From the NCBI GenBank assembly GCA_050246895.1, contig JBFWVE010000001.1, forward strand, positions 724,942 through 788,941: DNA of 64,000 nucleotides, given 5' to 3'. The notes beneath the pieces were generated by a model. That model saw only the letters and a list, made by a program, of their open reading frames with translations, was not told the origin of the DNA and did no database searches. The stretch comes from Vicinamibacteria bacterium. Its GTDB lineage: Bacteria; Acidobacteriota; Vicinamibacteria; Fen-336. Position 1 is the stretch's first letter, and every line of letters starts with the position of its first letter. The translations under genes and the position numbers were made by a program. Below are positions 19,597 through 31,359 of the stretch, piece by piece.

Positions 19597-20348
19597 GGTT
19601 CTACCGGGTCGAAGGCGCCAACGGACCCTGCTGGGCGCGCGAGGACGGTCCCGGCCTGCGCCTGCTCGACGGGGACCCCTGGGCCGGCGTCGGCGACCGC
19701 GCCCTGACAATCGGGCTCGACGAGGCGCGCCTGCTCGCGCCCGTGACCCCGAGCAAGATCGTCGGCATCGGGCTCAACTACCGGGATCACGCCGAAGAAC
19801 GCGGCAAGCCGGCGCCGAAGGAGCCGCTCGTGTTCCTGAAGCCGCCCAGCTCCGTGATCGGGCCGGGCGAGCCGATCCGCCACCCCGGCTGGCCCGGGCG
19901 CGTCGACCACGAGGGCGAGCTCGGCATCGTGATCGGTCGCCGCGCGAAGGACCTCGCCTCTCCCGAGGCGGGCGCCGCCCACATCCTGGGCGCCGTCTGC
20001 GTCAACGACGTCACCGCGCGCGAGCTGCAGGACAAGGACGTCCAGTTCACCCGCGCCAAGGGCTTCGACGGCTTCTGCCCGGTGGGGCCCTGCCTGGTGA
20101 CCGGCCTCGAGCTGCGCGCGCTCGACGTCGCCTGCCGCGTCAACGGCGAGCTGCGCCAGCGCAGCAACACCCGCGAGCTGATCTTCGACCCGGGCTACCT
20201 GGTCTGGTTCGTCTCGCGGGTGATGACGCTGCTGCCGGGCGATATGATCTCGACGGGCACGCCCGCCGGCATCGGGCCGCTCGTGCCGGGCGACAGCGTC
20301 GAGGTCGAGGTCGAGGGCATTGGCGTCCTCCGCAACCCCGTTCTTTAG
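19593..20348 (+). CDS. fumarylacetoacetate hydrolase (FAH) family protein
   Basis: An internal ATG (19593) overlaps the previous stop (ATGA). 251 aa with ..KIVGIGLNYRDHAEE..PLVFLKPPSSVIGPGEPI..DHEGELGIVIG..NDVTARELQ..FTRAKGFDGFCP.. (FAH fold metal/catalytic motifs). Confidence 0.85.
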   Translation: MRFYRVEGANGPCWAREDGPGLRLLDGDPWAGVGDRALTIGLDEARLLAPVTPSKIVGIGLNYRDHAEERGKPAPKEPLVFLKPPSSVIGPGEPIRHPGWPGRVDHEGELGIVIGRRAKDLASPEAGAAHILGAVCVNDVTARELQDKDVQFTRAKGFDGFCPVGPCLVTGLELRALDVACRVNGELRQRSNTRELIFDPGYLVWFVSRVMTLLPGDMISTGTPAGIGPLVPGDSVEVEVEGIGVLRNPVL

Positions 20349-20366
20349 AAGGGAAGAGACGAGCGC

Positions 20367-21035
20367 ATGAAGATCTTTCTCGACACCGCCAGCCTGAAGG
20401 AGATCCGCGAGGCCGCGGCGCTCGGGGTGGTCGACGGGGTCACCACCAACCCGAGCCTGCTCGCCAAGGAGAACGGCGACCCCGAGCAGATCCTGCTCGA
20501 GATCTGCCGCACGATCGACGGCCCGATCTCGGCCGAGGTGGTGGCGACCGACGCCGCGGGCATGCTGCGCGAGGGCCGCCACTGGGCGGCGCTGCACAAG
20601 AACATCGTGGTGAAGATCCCCTGCATCCTGGAGGGGCTGAAGGCGACCAAGGTGCTCGCGAGCGAGGGCCACCGCGTCAACATGACGCTGATCTTCTCGC
20701 CCAGCCAGGCTCTGCTCGCGGCCAAGGCCGGCGCCCGCTACGTCTCGCCCTTCGTCGGCCGCCTCGACGACGTCTCGACCGACGGCATGCAGGTGATCGC
20801 GGACATCGTCCAGATCTTCGACAACTACGACTTCGACTGCGAGGTGCTGGCCGCCAGCCTGCGCCACCCGATGCACGTGGTGGAGGCCGCCAAGCTGGGC
20901 GCGCACGTCGGCACCATGCCGATGAGCGTCCTCGGCGCGCTGCTCAAGCACCCGCTGACCGACATCGGCCTGAAGCGCTTCCTCGAGGACTGGGAGAAGG
21001 CCAAGAAGGAGCTGGGCGCCAAGGCGGCCGGCTAG
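20367..21035 (+). CDS. tal: transaldolase (short, fructose-6-phosphate-aldolase-type)
   Basis: 222 aa: [57 protein letters not shown]. Confidence 0.93.
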   Translation: MKIFLDTASLKEIREAAALGVVDGVTTNPSLLAKENGDPEQILLEICRTIDGPISAEVVATDAAGMLREGRHWAALHKNIVVKIPCILEGLKATKVLASEGHRVNMTLIFSPSQALLAAKAGARYVSPFVGRLDDVSTDGMQVIADIVQIFDNYDFDCEVLAASLRHPMHVVEAAKLGAHVGTMPMSVLGALLKHPLTDIGLKRFLEDWEKAKKELGAKAAG

Positions 21036-21044
21036 CCCCGCGCG

Positions 21045-21263
21045 ATGCCCATCTACGAGTACCGCTGCAGCGCCTGCGAGACCCGCTTCGAGCGATTCGT
21101 CCGGGCCTTCGGCGAGGCAGTGACCTGCCCGGAGTGCCACGGCGGCGAGGTGGAGAAGCAGCTCTCGACCTTCGCGACCACCAGCGCCGCGCCCGGCTCC
21201 GGCCCCGCTCCGGCGGGCCGCGGCGGCGGTTGCTGCGGGGGCGGCTGTGGCTGCGCCCACTGA
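21045..21263 (+). CDS. FmdB-family zinc-ribbon protein
   Basis: 72 aa: [32 protein letters not shown] (CxxC..CxxC), with a Gly/Cys-rich tail [13 protein letters not shown] typical of the family. Confidence 0.8.
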   Translation: MPIYEYRCSACETRFERFVRAFGEAVTCPECHGGEVEKQLSTFATTSAAPGSGPAPAGRGGGCCGGGCGCAH

Positions 21264-22811
21264 GCCCGTGAGCGGCACGGGCCTCGAACAGCTGCGCGAG
21301 AAATCGCGCCGCGCCGAGGAGGGCGGCGGCAAGCAGCGGCGCGAGCGCCAGCACGCGGAGGGCAAGCTCACCGCGCGCGAGCGCGTGGAGCTGCTGCTCG
21401 ACGAGGGCAGCTTCGAGGAGATCGACAAGCTGGTCGAGCACCGCTGTCTCGACTTCGGGATGGCCGAGCAGAAGATCCCGGGTGACGGCGTCGTCGCGGG
21501 CTACGGCCGCATCGACGGCCGCCTGTCCGCCGTCTTCGCGCAGGACTTCACGGTCTTCGGTGGCAGCCTGTCCGAGACCAACGCCCGCAAGATCTGCAAG
21601 GTGATGGATCTCGCGATGCGGATGGGCGCGCCGGTGATCGGCCTCAACGACTCGGGCGGCGCGCGCATCCAGGAGGGCGTCGCCTCGCTGGGTGGCTACG
21701 CGGACATCTTCCTGCGCAACACGATCGCGTCGGGGGTGGTGCCGCAGATCTCCGCGATCCTGGGACCCTGCGCCGGCGGCGCCGTCTACAGCCCCGCCAT
21801 CACCGACTTCAACGTGATGGTGAAGGACACCTCCTACATGTTCGTGACGGGCCCGGACGTGATCAAGACCGTCACCCACGAGGAGGTCAGCAAGGAAGAC
21901 CTCGGCGGCGCCTTGACCCACAACGCGAAGTCGGGTGTCGCGCACTTCGCCGTCGACGACGACCGCGCCTGCCTCGCTCTCATCCGCGAGCTGCTCTCCT
22001 ACCTGCCCTCGAACAACCTCGAGCAGCCGCCTCTGCACGAGACCGAGGATCCCGCCGAACGCGAAGACGCGGCGCTCGACACGCTGATCCCGCAGGAGCC
22101 GAACAAGCCCTACGACATCAAGCAGCTGATCCAGGCGGTGGTCGACGACGCCCGCTTCCTGGAGGTCCACGAGCACTTCGCCCCCAACATCGTGGTCGGC
22201 TTCGCCCGCTTCGGCGGCCGCAGCGTCGGCATCGTCGCCAACCAGCCGGCGGTGCTGGCGGGCTGCCTCGACATCGACGCCTCGGTGAAGGGCGCGCGCT
22301 TCGTGCGCTTCTGCGACGCCTTCAACGTCCCGCTGGTCACCTTCGAGGACGTGCCCGGCTTCCTGCCCGGCACCGCCCAGGAGTGGGGCGGCATCATCCG
22401 GCACGGCGCCAAGCTGCTCTACGCCTTCGCGGAGGCGACGGTGCCGAAGCTGACCGTGATCACGCGCAAGGCCTACGGCGGCGCCTACTGCGTGATGTCG
22501 TCCAAGCACATCCGCACCGACCTGAACCTCGCCTACCCGATGGCCGAGATCGCCGTGATGGGGCCCGAGGGCGCCGTCAACGTGCTCTACCGGCGCGAGC
22601 TGCAGAAGGCGGAGAACCCCGAGGAGTTCCGTCGCGCCAAGGTCGCGGAGTTCCGCGAGAAGTTCGCGAACCCCTACGTCGCCGCCGACCGCGGCTTCAT
22701 CGACGAGGTGATCGAGCCGCGCCAGACGCGGCGCAAGATCATCGCGGGCCTGCGCATGGCGAGCGGCAAACGGGACCACAACCCTCCGAAGAAGCACGGC
22801 AACATCCCGCT

Positions 22812-22815
<4 letters not shown>
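21247..22815 (+). CDS. acyl-CoA carboxylase carboxyltransferase (beta) subunit, propionyl-CoA/methylmalonyl-CoA type
   Basis: 522 aa with ..[62 protein letters not shown].. The start (GTG 21247) overlaps the FmdB gene by 17 nt and is uncertain. Confidence 0.9.
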
Positions 22816-24314
<1,499 letters not shown>

Positions 24315-24322
24315 GGAAGCGG

Positions 24323-24811
24323 ATGCTGCTCGACGCGACGATCGACGGCCGCTGCATCCGGGTCGAGCTGCGCGGCAAGGACGGCCGCTACGCGGTCAGC
24401 GTCGACGGCCGCAGCCTCGAGGTCGACTACCTGCAGGCCGGGCGCTTCGTCAGCCTGCTGGTGGGCGGGCGCAGCCACGACCTGGGCCTCACCCGCACCG
24501 CCACGGGCTACCGCGTCTCGTTCCCCGACGGCGCCTGCGACGTGCAACTCGCCGTGGCCGCGCGCGGGGCCGCGGCGACTCGGCGCGTGGCGCACGGGCC
24601 CGCGCGGATCCAGGCGCCGATGCCCGGCAAGATCGTGCGCCTGCTGGCGGCGCCCGGCGAGGAGGTGCGGGCCGGCCAGGGCCTGGTCGTGATCGAGGCG
24701 ATGAAGATGGAGAACGAGCTGCGCGCGCCGCGCGCCGGCACGCTGCGCGAGGTGAAGGTCTCCGAGGGGCAGGCGGTCGAGACGGGCGCGCTGCTGGCGC
24801 TCGTCGACTAG
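24323..24811 (+). CDS. biotin carboxyl carrier protein (biotinyl domain) with N-terminal BT-like segment
   Basis: An internal ATG (24323) gives 162 aa. C-terminus: ..IQAPMPGKIVRLL..GQGLVVIEAMKMENELRAP (biotinylation motif AMKM). Confidence 0.88.
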   Translation: MLLDATIDGRCIRVELRGKDGRYAVSVDGRSLEVDYLQAGRFVSLLVGGRSHDLGLTRTATGYRVSFPDGACDVQLAVAARGAAATRRVAHGPARIQAPMPGKIVRLLAAPGEEVRAGQGLVVIEAMKMENELRAPRAGTLREVKVSEGQAVETGALLALVD

Positions 24812-24823
24812 CCGCCGCCAGCC

Positions 24824-27800
24824 ATGAAGCGCTGGAGGAAGCTGCTCCGGCTGCTGCTCCTGTCGGGCCTGGTGGCCGGCGTGCTGGCGCTCGTCGCGCT
24901 CGCCAGCCTGCCGCACCTGCTCGAGCGCTCGATCGAGCGCGGGCTCTCGTCCTTCTTCCAGCGTCCGGTCAGCGTCGGCGGCGTCCGCGTCGCCGGCTTC
25001 GTGCCGCTGACGATCGAGGTGCTCGACCTGCGCGTGGGCGGCGCGACCGACGCAGCTCCGCCGTTCCTGGTGGCGCCGCGGATCGTGGCCCTGCCCAGCC
25101 TGGCGCCGCTGCGGGGGCGCGTGCTGGTGCTCAACCGGCTGCGTCTCGACGGCCCGCAGATCGGCATCCGCGCCTTCCCGCAGGGCGGCGACGACATCCC
25201 GCGTTTCGGCGGCGGCGGGGCGGGCGGCTTCGAGCTGCGCGTCAACCGGCTGGTGATCGAGAAGGGGATCTTCCGCCTCGATCACCAGCGCGTGCCGCTC
25301 GAGCTCGATCTGCCGGACTTCCATGGCCGGCTGTCGGCCCAGGGCAGAGGTGTGCTCGCGGGCGGCCTCTCCTTCGGCCCGGGCCGGCTGCAGTTCGGCG
25401 CGAACCCCGAGATGCGCGTGGGCACCGACCTCGAGCTGCGTCTCGTCGGAAGCCAGCTCCAGGTGGTGGGGGCGCACCTGCGCGCCGTCGGCACCGACCT
25501 CGCGTACGAGGGCGAGATCGCGCTCGCGCGGCGCCCGCAGGGCACGCTGACGCTGCACGGCCGCGTCGACCTGGCGGTACTCGACCAGCACGTGATGCGC
25601 ACGGGCCTCGCGATCCAGGGCCAGGGCCGCTTCTCGGGCAGCGTCGGGATCGACGGCTCGCGGCTGCGCGTGCGCGGCAGGCTCGAGGGCGAGGGCGGGA
25701 GCTTCGACGGCCAGGACGTCGAGCGCTTCGCCGGCGAGGTCTCCTGGGACGAGCGCGGCGTGATCCTGAAGGACCTGGGCCTGCGCGCGCTGGGCGGCGA
25801 CGGTGTGCTGCAGGTCGTGGTCCCGCCGGGCCGCGGCACCGCGCGGCTGCAGGCGCGGCTCGAGCGCACGGACGCGGAGGCCCTCGTGCGCTGGATCTTC
25901 GCCCTGGGCCCCGCCGGGCTCGGGTCTTCCGCCACCGGCGAGCTGGAGCTGCACTGGCCGCGCGGCCGGTTCCGGGACGAGCTCTCGGGCCGCGCCGGGC
26001 TCGACCTCGTCGAGCGCGGGGACGCTCGCAAGCCCCTTGCGGGCCGTCTCGACTGGCGGGCCGAGCGCGGCGTGCACTTCATCGAGCGCGCCGATCTGCA
26101 GACCCCGGAGACGAGCGCCCGAATCGCCGGCCGCATCGGCCGCGACCAGAGCGCGGAGCTCCAGCTCGACGCCGCCAGCCGCGATGTGGCGGAGACGGAC
26201 GAGCTGCTGCGCCGCGTGCGCCGCGCGCTCGGCTCGCCCGACGCGCAGCGCGCGGGCCTCAGCGGCCGCGGGCGCTTCTCGGGCCGCTGGCACGGCACGC
26301 TGCGCGATCCGATCTACGACGGCCGCTTCGACGCCACCGACGTCGGCTACCTCGGCGTGCGCTGGGGCGATCTCCAGTGGCGCGGCACGCTGACGCCGCT
26401 CGAGCTGCGCAGCGATTCGCTGGTCCTGCGAAAGCACGGCGCGCAGCTGCGGCTCGCCGGGCGCGTCGCGCTCGGCGACTACGGCGCAGCCGACGCTCTC
26501 GACGTGCGCGCGAGCTTCGAGGGCTGGCCGTCACGCGACCTCACGCGGGCGCTCGGCTTCAGGCTGGACCTCGAGGCTCCGCTCTCCGGCGAAGCCGTGG
26601 TCGCCGGTCGCCGCAGCCTGCCGCGCGGCAGCGCCACGCTACGTGGGGGCGCCGGGCTCTACTACGGGATCCCCTTCGAGGCGTTCGAGCTCGGCAGCCG
26701 TTTCGCGGACGGGCTCACCAGCGTGAGCGACGGACGCGTCCGTCTCGGCGGCGGCAGCCTGAGCTTCCGCGGCAGCGTGTCGGGCGACGGCATCTACGAC
26801 GGCCGCGCCGAGTTGCGCGGGGTCGAGCTGTCCGAGCTGGCGGCGCGGCAGCCGGCGCAGCTGCGCCCCGGGGGCCGTCTGAGCGGCGAGCTGACGCTGG
26901 TCGGCCCGCTCGACCGGCCGCGCCTGCAGGCCCGGCTGGGTTCGCCGCGCCTGTTTCTCGGCGACGAAGGGGTCGGCGCGCTCGAGGCCAGCCTGGTCGG
27001 CCGCGGCAACGGCCAGCTCGCCGTCTCCGCCAGCTGCCGCTCGCCTCGCCTCGAGCTGACGCTCGCCGGCGCGCTCGGCCTCGATCCGGAGTATCGCTCC
27101 CGGCTGCGACTCGTCGCGCGGGAGACGAGCCTCGATCCCTTCCTGCGCGCGGCCGTGCCCGCGCTCCCGGCCGCGGTGCAGGTCGTCGCGAGCGGCGCCC
27201 TCGATCTGGATGGACCGCTGTTGCGGCCGCGCGAGCTCTCGCTGGTCGCGAGCCTGTCGGCCTTCGAGCTGCTGCTGCCGGAGTACCCCGTGCGCAACGT
27301 CGGGCCGCTGCGCCTCGCCGTCTCCGAGGGCCGCCTGCGCGTGCTGGAGCTGCGCCTGGCGGGCGAGGGCACCGACCTCGCCGTTCGAGGGCAGGCAGCG
27401 CTGCTGGGCGACGGTCCGCTCGATCTCGAGCTGAGCGGCGCCGCCGACCTGCGCGCGCTGTCGGTCGTGACGCGGCGCGTGCGCGGCCGCGGCGCCGCCC
27501 GGCTGACAGTCTCGGTCGGCGGCCGGCGCGACGAGCCGCGGCTCGAGGGCCGCCTCGACCTCGAGGGCGGCGGGCTGCGCGTGCGCGGCTTCCCGCAAGG
27601 CCTCGAGGACGTGCGCGGCAGCGTGCGCTTCGACCTGGAGAAAGCCGTCCTCGACGGCGTGCGCGGGCGGCTCGGCGGGGGCGCCCTCGAGGTGGATGGC
27701 CAGGTCGCCTACGCGGGCGGCGTGCTCTCCAGCCTCGACCTGCACGCCACCGGGCGTGGCGTGCTGCTGCGTTATCCCGAAGGGCTGCGCAGCCTGCTCG

Positions 27801-28705
27801 ACGGCGACCTGCGCCTGTTCGGGGACGGCACGCGCCAGTGGCTGAGCGGAGACGTCGAGGTGCGCCAGGCCACCTGGCGCCGGCGCTACGACATCGCCTC
27901 CGAGCTGATGGCCGCCGCTCGCGTGGCGCCGGAGGCGGCCGCCTCGGGCCACGGGCTGCGGCTCGACCTGCGGCTGCGGGCGCCGGGGACACTCGAGCTC
28001 GACAACAACCTCGGCACGCTGCACGCGAGCGCCGACCTGCGCCTCAGCGGGCCGATCGAGGGCCCGTCGGTGCTCGGCCGCGCCGAGATCGATCGCGGGC
28101 GCATCTACTTCCAGGGCACCACCTACACCATCCGCCGCGGCAGCATCGACTTCCAGAACCCGCAGCGGATCGACCCGCTGTTCGACATCGAGGCCGAGGC
28201 GCGCGTGCGCGCCTACCGCGTGACGCTGCGTGCGAACGGCACGCTCGAGCGCGTCTACCCGACGCTCAGCTCCGACCCGCCGCTCGGCGCCGTCCAGATC
28301 CTCAACCTGCTGGCGGGCGCCGACGAGACGGCCGTCGCCAGCCTGACCCAGTCCCAGGCCGATCAGGCCCGCCTGGCGGCGACGGGCGCCGCGACACTGG
28401 CGGCGGGCCGCCTCTCGGAGGAGGTGGGTCTCGAGCGCCAGGCCGAGAAGCTGTTCGGCCTCAACCGCTTCTCGATCGATCCGGCGCTCGGCAAGAGCAG
28501 CTTCACCAACCCCACGGCTCGCCTGACGATCGGCAAGCGCATCACGCCCGACCTCTCCGTGCTCTACTCCACCGACCTCGGCGGGACGCAGGAGCGCGTG
28601 CTGACGATCGAGTACACGCTGTCCGACCGCCTGTCGTTGCTCTTCACCCAGGTCGAGCCGGACGGCGGCGTCGGCTTCGACGTCCGGGTGCGCCAGTCGC
28701 GGTGA
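24824..28705 (+). CDS. tamB: translocation and assembly module protein TamB (DUF490/AsmA-like)
   Basis: 1293 aa with an N-terminal signal anchor (LLRLLLLSGLVAGVLALVALA) and a long repetitive beta-rich body. The C-terminal DUF490-type end is ..RLTIGKRITPDLSVLYSTDLGGTQERVLTIEYTLSDRLSLLF.. Confidence 0.85.
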   Translation: MKRWRKLLRLLLLSGLVAGVLALVALASLPHLLERSIERGLSSFFQRPVSVGGVRVAGFVPLTIEVLDLRVGGATDAAPPFLVAPRIVALPSLAPLRGRVLVLNRLRLDGPQIGIRAFPQGGDDIPRFGGGGAGGFELRVNRLVIEKGIFRLDHQRVPLELDLPDFHGRLSAQGRGVLAGGLSFGPGRLQFGANPEMRVGTDLELRLVGSQLQVVGAHLRAVGTDLAYEGEIALARRPQGTLTLHGRVDLAVLDQHVMRTGLAIQGQGRFSGSVGIDGSRLRVRGRLEGEGGSFDGQDVERFAGEVSWDERGVILKDLGLRALGGDGVLQVVVPPGRGTARLQARLERTDAEALVRWIFALGPAGLGSSATGELELHWPRGRFRDELSGRAGLDLVERGDARKPLAGRLDWRAERGVHFIERADLQTPETSARIAGRIGRDQSAELQLDAASRDVAETDELLRRVRRALGSPDAQRAGLSGRGRFSGRWHGTLRDPIYDGRFDATDVGYLGVRWGDLQWRGTLTPLELRSDSLVLRKHGAQLRLAGRVALGDYGAADALDVRASFEGWPSRDLTRALGFRLDLEAPLSGEAVVAGRRSLPRGSATLRGGAGLYYGIPFEAFELGSRFADGLTSVSDGRVRLGGGSLSFRGSVSGDGIYDGRAELRGVELSELAARQPAQLRPGGRLSGELTLVGPLDRPRLQARLGSPRLFLGDEGVGALEASLVGRGNGQLAVSASCRSPRLELTLAGALGLDPEYRSRLRLVARETSLDPFLRAAVPALPAAVQVVASGALDLDGPLLRPRELSLVASLSAFELLLPEYPVRNVGPLRLAVSEGRLRVLELRLAGEGTDLAVRGQAALLGDGPLDLELSGAADLRALSVVTRRVRGRGAARLTVSVGGRRDEPRLEGRLDLEGGGLRVRGFPQGLEDVRGSVRFDLEKAVLDGVRGRLGGGALEVDGQVAYAGGVLSSLDLHATGRGVLLRYPEGLRSLLDGDLRLFGDGTRQWLSGDVEVRQATWRRRYDIASELMAAARVAPEAAASGHGLRLDLRLRAPGTLELDNNLGTLHASADLRLSGPIEGPSVLGRAEIDRGRIYFQGTTYTIRRGSIDFQNPQRIDPLFDIEAEARVRAYRVTLRANGTLERVYPTLSSDPPLGAVQILNLLAGADETAVASLTQSQADQARLAATGAATLAAGRLSEEVGLERQAEKLFGLNRFSIDPALGKSSFTNPTARLTIGKRITPDLSVLYSTDLGGTQERVLTIEYTLSDRLSLLFTQVEPDGGVGFDVRVRQSR

Positions 28706-31359
28706 TGCGAGGCCTCGCCTTCGTCCTGCTCGCGGGCCTGCTGGCGCCGGGCGCAGCGCCGGCGGCGGAGAACGCCGCGAGCGAGGCCGAGCTCGCCGGG
28801 CGGCTCGTCAGCAGCGTGCGGCTCGAGCTGCTCCCGGAGGAGGCGGCAGCGCTCGAGCGCTACCTGAGCGTGCGCGCGGGGGCTCCGTTCGACCCCGCGC
28901 AGGCGCGCCGCAGCGTGAGCCTGCTCTTCGCCACCGGGCGTTTCGCCGACGTCGCCGTGCTGGCACAGCCGGTCGCCGACGGCCTCGAGGTCGTGTTCCG
29001 GCCGACGCCGGCGCCGCGGATGACCGCGCTGGTGCTCGAGGGCGACCGCGTGCTCGACGAGAAGCAGCTGCTGCGCGCCTCGCGCCTGAGCTGGGGCGAG
29101 CCGCTGTGGCCGGCGCGCCTGGAGGAGGCCGCCCGCGACGTGGGCCTGGCGCTCGCGGCGCGCGGTTACCTCGAGGGCCGCGCGCGCGTCGAAGCCACGC
29201 CGCGCGCCGACGGCAGCGCCGCCAGCTTCCGGATCGACGCTGGCCCGCGCGCCTACGTGCGCGGCCTGCGCGCCGTCGGCATGCCGCCGGAGGCGCCGGA
29301 CGCGACGCCTCGGCTGCGGCCCAAACGGGGTCAGCCGTTCCGGCGCGAGCAGTCGCGCGAGGCCGCGAGCCGCCTGGAGGGTGATCTGCGCGCGCTCGGC
29401 CGCTGGCGCGCCAGCGTCGCCGTCGAGGAGTCGTACGACCCGCGCGTCGGCCGGGTGGACCTGCTGTTCCGTGTCGAGCCGGGCCCGCGTTGCTCCCTCG
29501 CGTTCGAGGGGTCGCGCCTGCCGGCGGGGCTGCGGGCGGAGGTCGAAGAGCGCCTGCGCGAGGAAGGCCTGCGCCCGGACGCGCTCGAGGAGGCCTCCGA
29601 CCGCATCCAGCAGGTGCTCGAGGAGCGCGGCCACCGCTCGCCGCGCGCCAGTTGGCACGAGGAGAGCGACGCCGGCGGCACGCTCGTGCGCTTCGTGATC
29701 GAGGCCGGCGCCCAGGCCGAGGTCGCCTCCGTCGAGATCACCGGCTGGCAACCCGCAGAAGGCGCGCCTTCCCTGGCCACGCGCCCCGGCGAGTCGCTGC
29801 GCGAGGCGACGATCGAAGCCGACGTGGCGACGCTGCTGCGGTTGCTGCGCGAGGCCGGCCATGCGGAGGCCCAGGTCGAGGCGGAGGTCGCCGAAGGCGG
29901 CGGGCTGACGCCCGTGCGCTTCCGGGTTCGGCCCGGCCCGCGCACGCTCGTCTCGCGGGTGGAGCTGACGGGCGCGCCCGCCGATCTCGAGCTGCCCGCG
30001 CTGCGCGTCGTGGCGGGGCAGCCGCTGCGCATGGACGACGTGGCGCGGGATCGCGCGGCGCTGCTCGGGGCTTTGCACGACCGCGGGTTCCTGCGCGCGG
30101 AGGCGGCGCCGGAGATCGCCACCGAGCAGGAGCCGCCCGGCGCCCGCGTCAGCTACGCCCTCGAGCCGGGAGAGCAGGTCCGCATCGGTGAGATCGTGGT
30201 GGCGGGCCTGCGCGACACGCGCGAAACCGTGGTGCGGCGCGAGCTGCGCGTCGCCGAGGGCGATCCGCTCGGCGCCGCCGCGCTGCGCGAGAGCCAGCGC
30301 CGCCTGCAGGCGCTCGGCCTCTTCGAGAGGGTCGTCTTCCGCGAGCTGGACCCGGGGGCGCCCCGGCAGCGGCGTCTCGCGCTGGAGCTGGCGGAGGGCC
30401 CGCGCACGGCGGTCGCCTACGGCCTCGGCTACTCCGAGCGCGATCTGCTGCGCGCGAGCGTCGAGGTCACGCGCCGCAACCTGAACGGGCTCGACCGCAC
30501 GCTGTCGACTTTCGCCCGCATCAGCTTCCGCTCGAGCCGGCTGCTCGCCAGCTTTCGCGAGCCGCGCCTGCTGGGCCGCAAGCAGGAGCTGTTCCTGACG
30601 GCGTTCCGGGAGGACGAGGATCGCGACAGCTTCGACTTCGTGCGTCACGGCCTGCTCGCGCAGACGGCCCGCGACATCGCGCCGCGGCTCAGCCTGATCA
30701 CGCGCTACGTGTTCCAGCGCACGCGCACCTTCAACATCGAGGTGCCGATCGAGGAGATCGACCGCGAGTTCCAGTCCTCGCTCTTCTCCGGCCCCTCGGC
30801 CTCGCTGGTGTTCGACACGCGCGACGATCCGCTCGACCCGCGGCGCGGCGGCTTCGCCGGCCTCGACGCCCAGGTGTCCTCGACGCTGCTGGGCGGCGAC
30901 GACTTCGGCAAGACCTTCCTGCAGGCCAGTGTCTATCGGCCCCTCAGCGCCCGGCTCGTGCTCGCGACCGGGGCGCGCCTCGGGCTCGGCTGGACCTACG
31001 GCGAGGCGCCGCCGCAGCTGGCGCTGCCGGACCGCTTCTACGCTGGCGGCGACTACAGCCTGCGCGGCTACGCGGTGGACGCCGTCGATCCGAGCGGCGG
31101 CAACGCGCTCGTGCTCGTGGGCACGGAGCTGCGCGTCGACCTCGGCCGGCGCTTGTCGCTGGCGACCTTCGCGGAGGCCGGCAACACCTACCCGCTGGTG
31201 GCCGACCTCGACCTCGGCGAGCTGCTCTACACGGCGGGCGTCGGCCTGCGCTACAAGAGCGCTTTCGGCCCGCTGCGCGTCGACTGGGGCTTCAAGCTCA
31301 ACCCGCGCGCCGGCGACGATCCCTGGCGCGTGCACCTGACGATCGGCCATGCGTTCTAG
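28705..31359 (+). CDS. bamA: Omp85-family outer-membrane protein assembly factor (BamA-like, multi-POTRA)
   Basis: An internal ATG (28705) shares one nt with the tamB stop. 884 aa with a signal peptide MRGLAFVLLAGLLAPGAAPAAE and POTRA-like repeats. The barrel has ..FYAGGDYSLRGY.. and ..LTIGHAF terminal Phe. Confidence 0.85.
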   Translation: MRGLAFVLLAGLLAPGAAPAAENAASEAELAGRLVSSVRLELLPEEAAALERYLSVRAGAPFDPAQARRSVSLLFATGRFADVAVLAQPVADGLEVVFRPTPAPRMTALVLEGDRVLDEKQLLRASRLSWGEPLWPARLEEAARDVGLALAARGYLEGRARVEATPRADGSAASFRIDAGPRAYVRGLRAVGMPPEAPDATPRLRPKRGQPFRREQSREAASRLEGDLRALGRWRASVAVEESYDPRVGRVDLLFRVEPGPRCSLAFEGSRLPAGLRAEVEERLREEGLRPDALEEASDRIQQVLEERGHRSPRASWHEESDAGGTLVRFVIEAGAQAEVASVEITGWQPAEGAPSLATRPGESLREATIEADVATLLRLLREAGHAEAQVEAEVAEGGGLTPVRFRVRPGPRTLVSRVELTGAPADLELPALRVVAGQPLRMDDVARDRAALLGALHDRGFLRAEAAPEIATEQEPPGARVSYALEPGEQVRIGEIVVAGLRDTRETVVRRELRVAEGDPLGAAALRESQRRLQALGLFERVVFRELDPGAPRQRRLALELAEGPRTAVAYGLGYSERDLLRASVEVTRRNLNGLDRTLSTFARISFRSSRLLASFREPRLLGRKQELFLTAFREDEDRDSFDFVRHGLLAQTARDIAPRLSLITRYVFQRTRTFNIEVPIEEIDREFQSSLFSGPSASLVFDTRDDPLDPRRGGFAGLDAQVSSTLLGGDDFGKTFLQASVYRPLSARLVLATGARLGLGWTYGEAPPQLALPDRFYAGGDYSLRGYAVDAVDPSGGNALVLVGTELRVDLGRRLSLATFAEAGNTYPLVADLDLGELLYTAGVGLRYKSAFGPLRVDWGFKLNPRAGDDPWRVHLTIGHAF

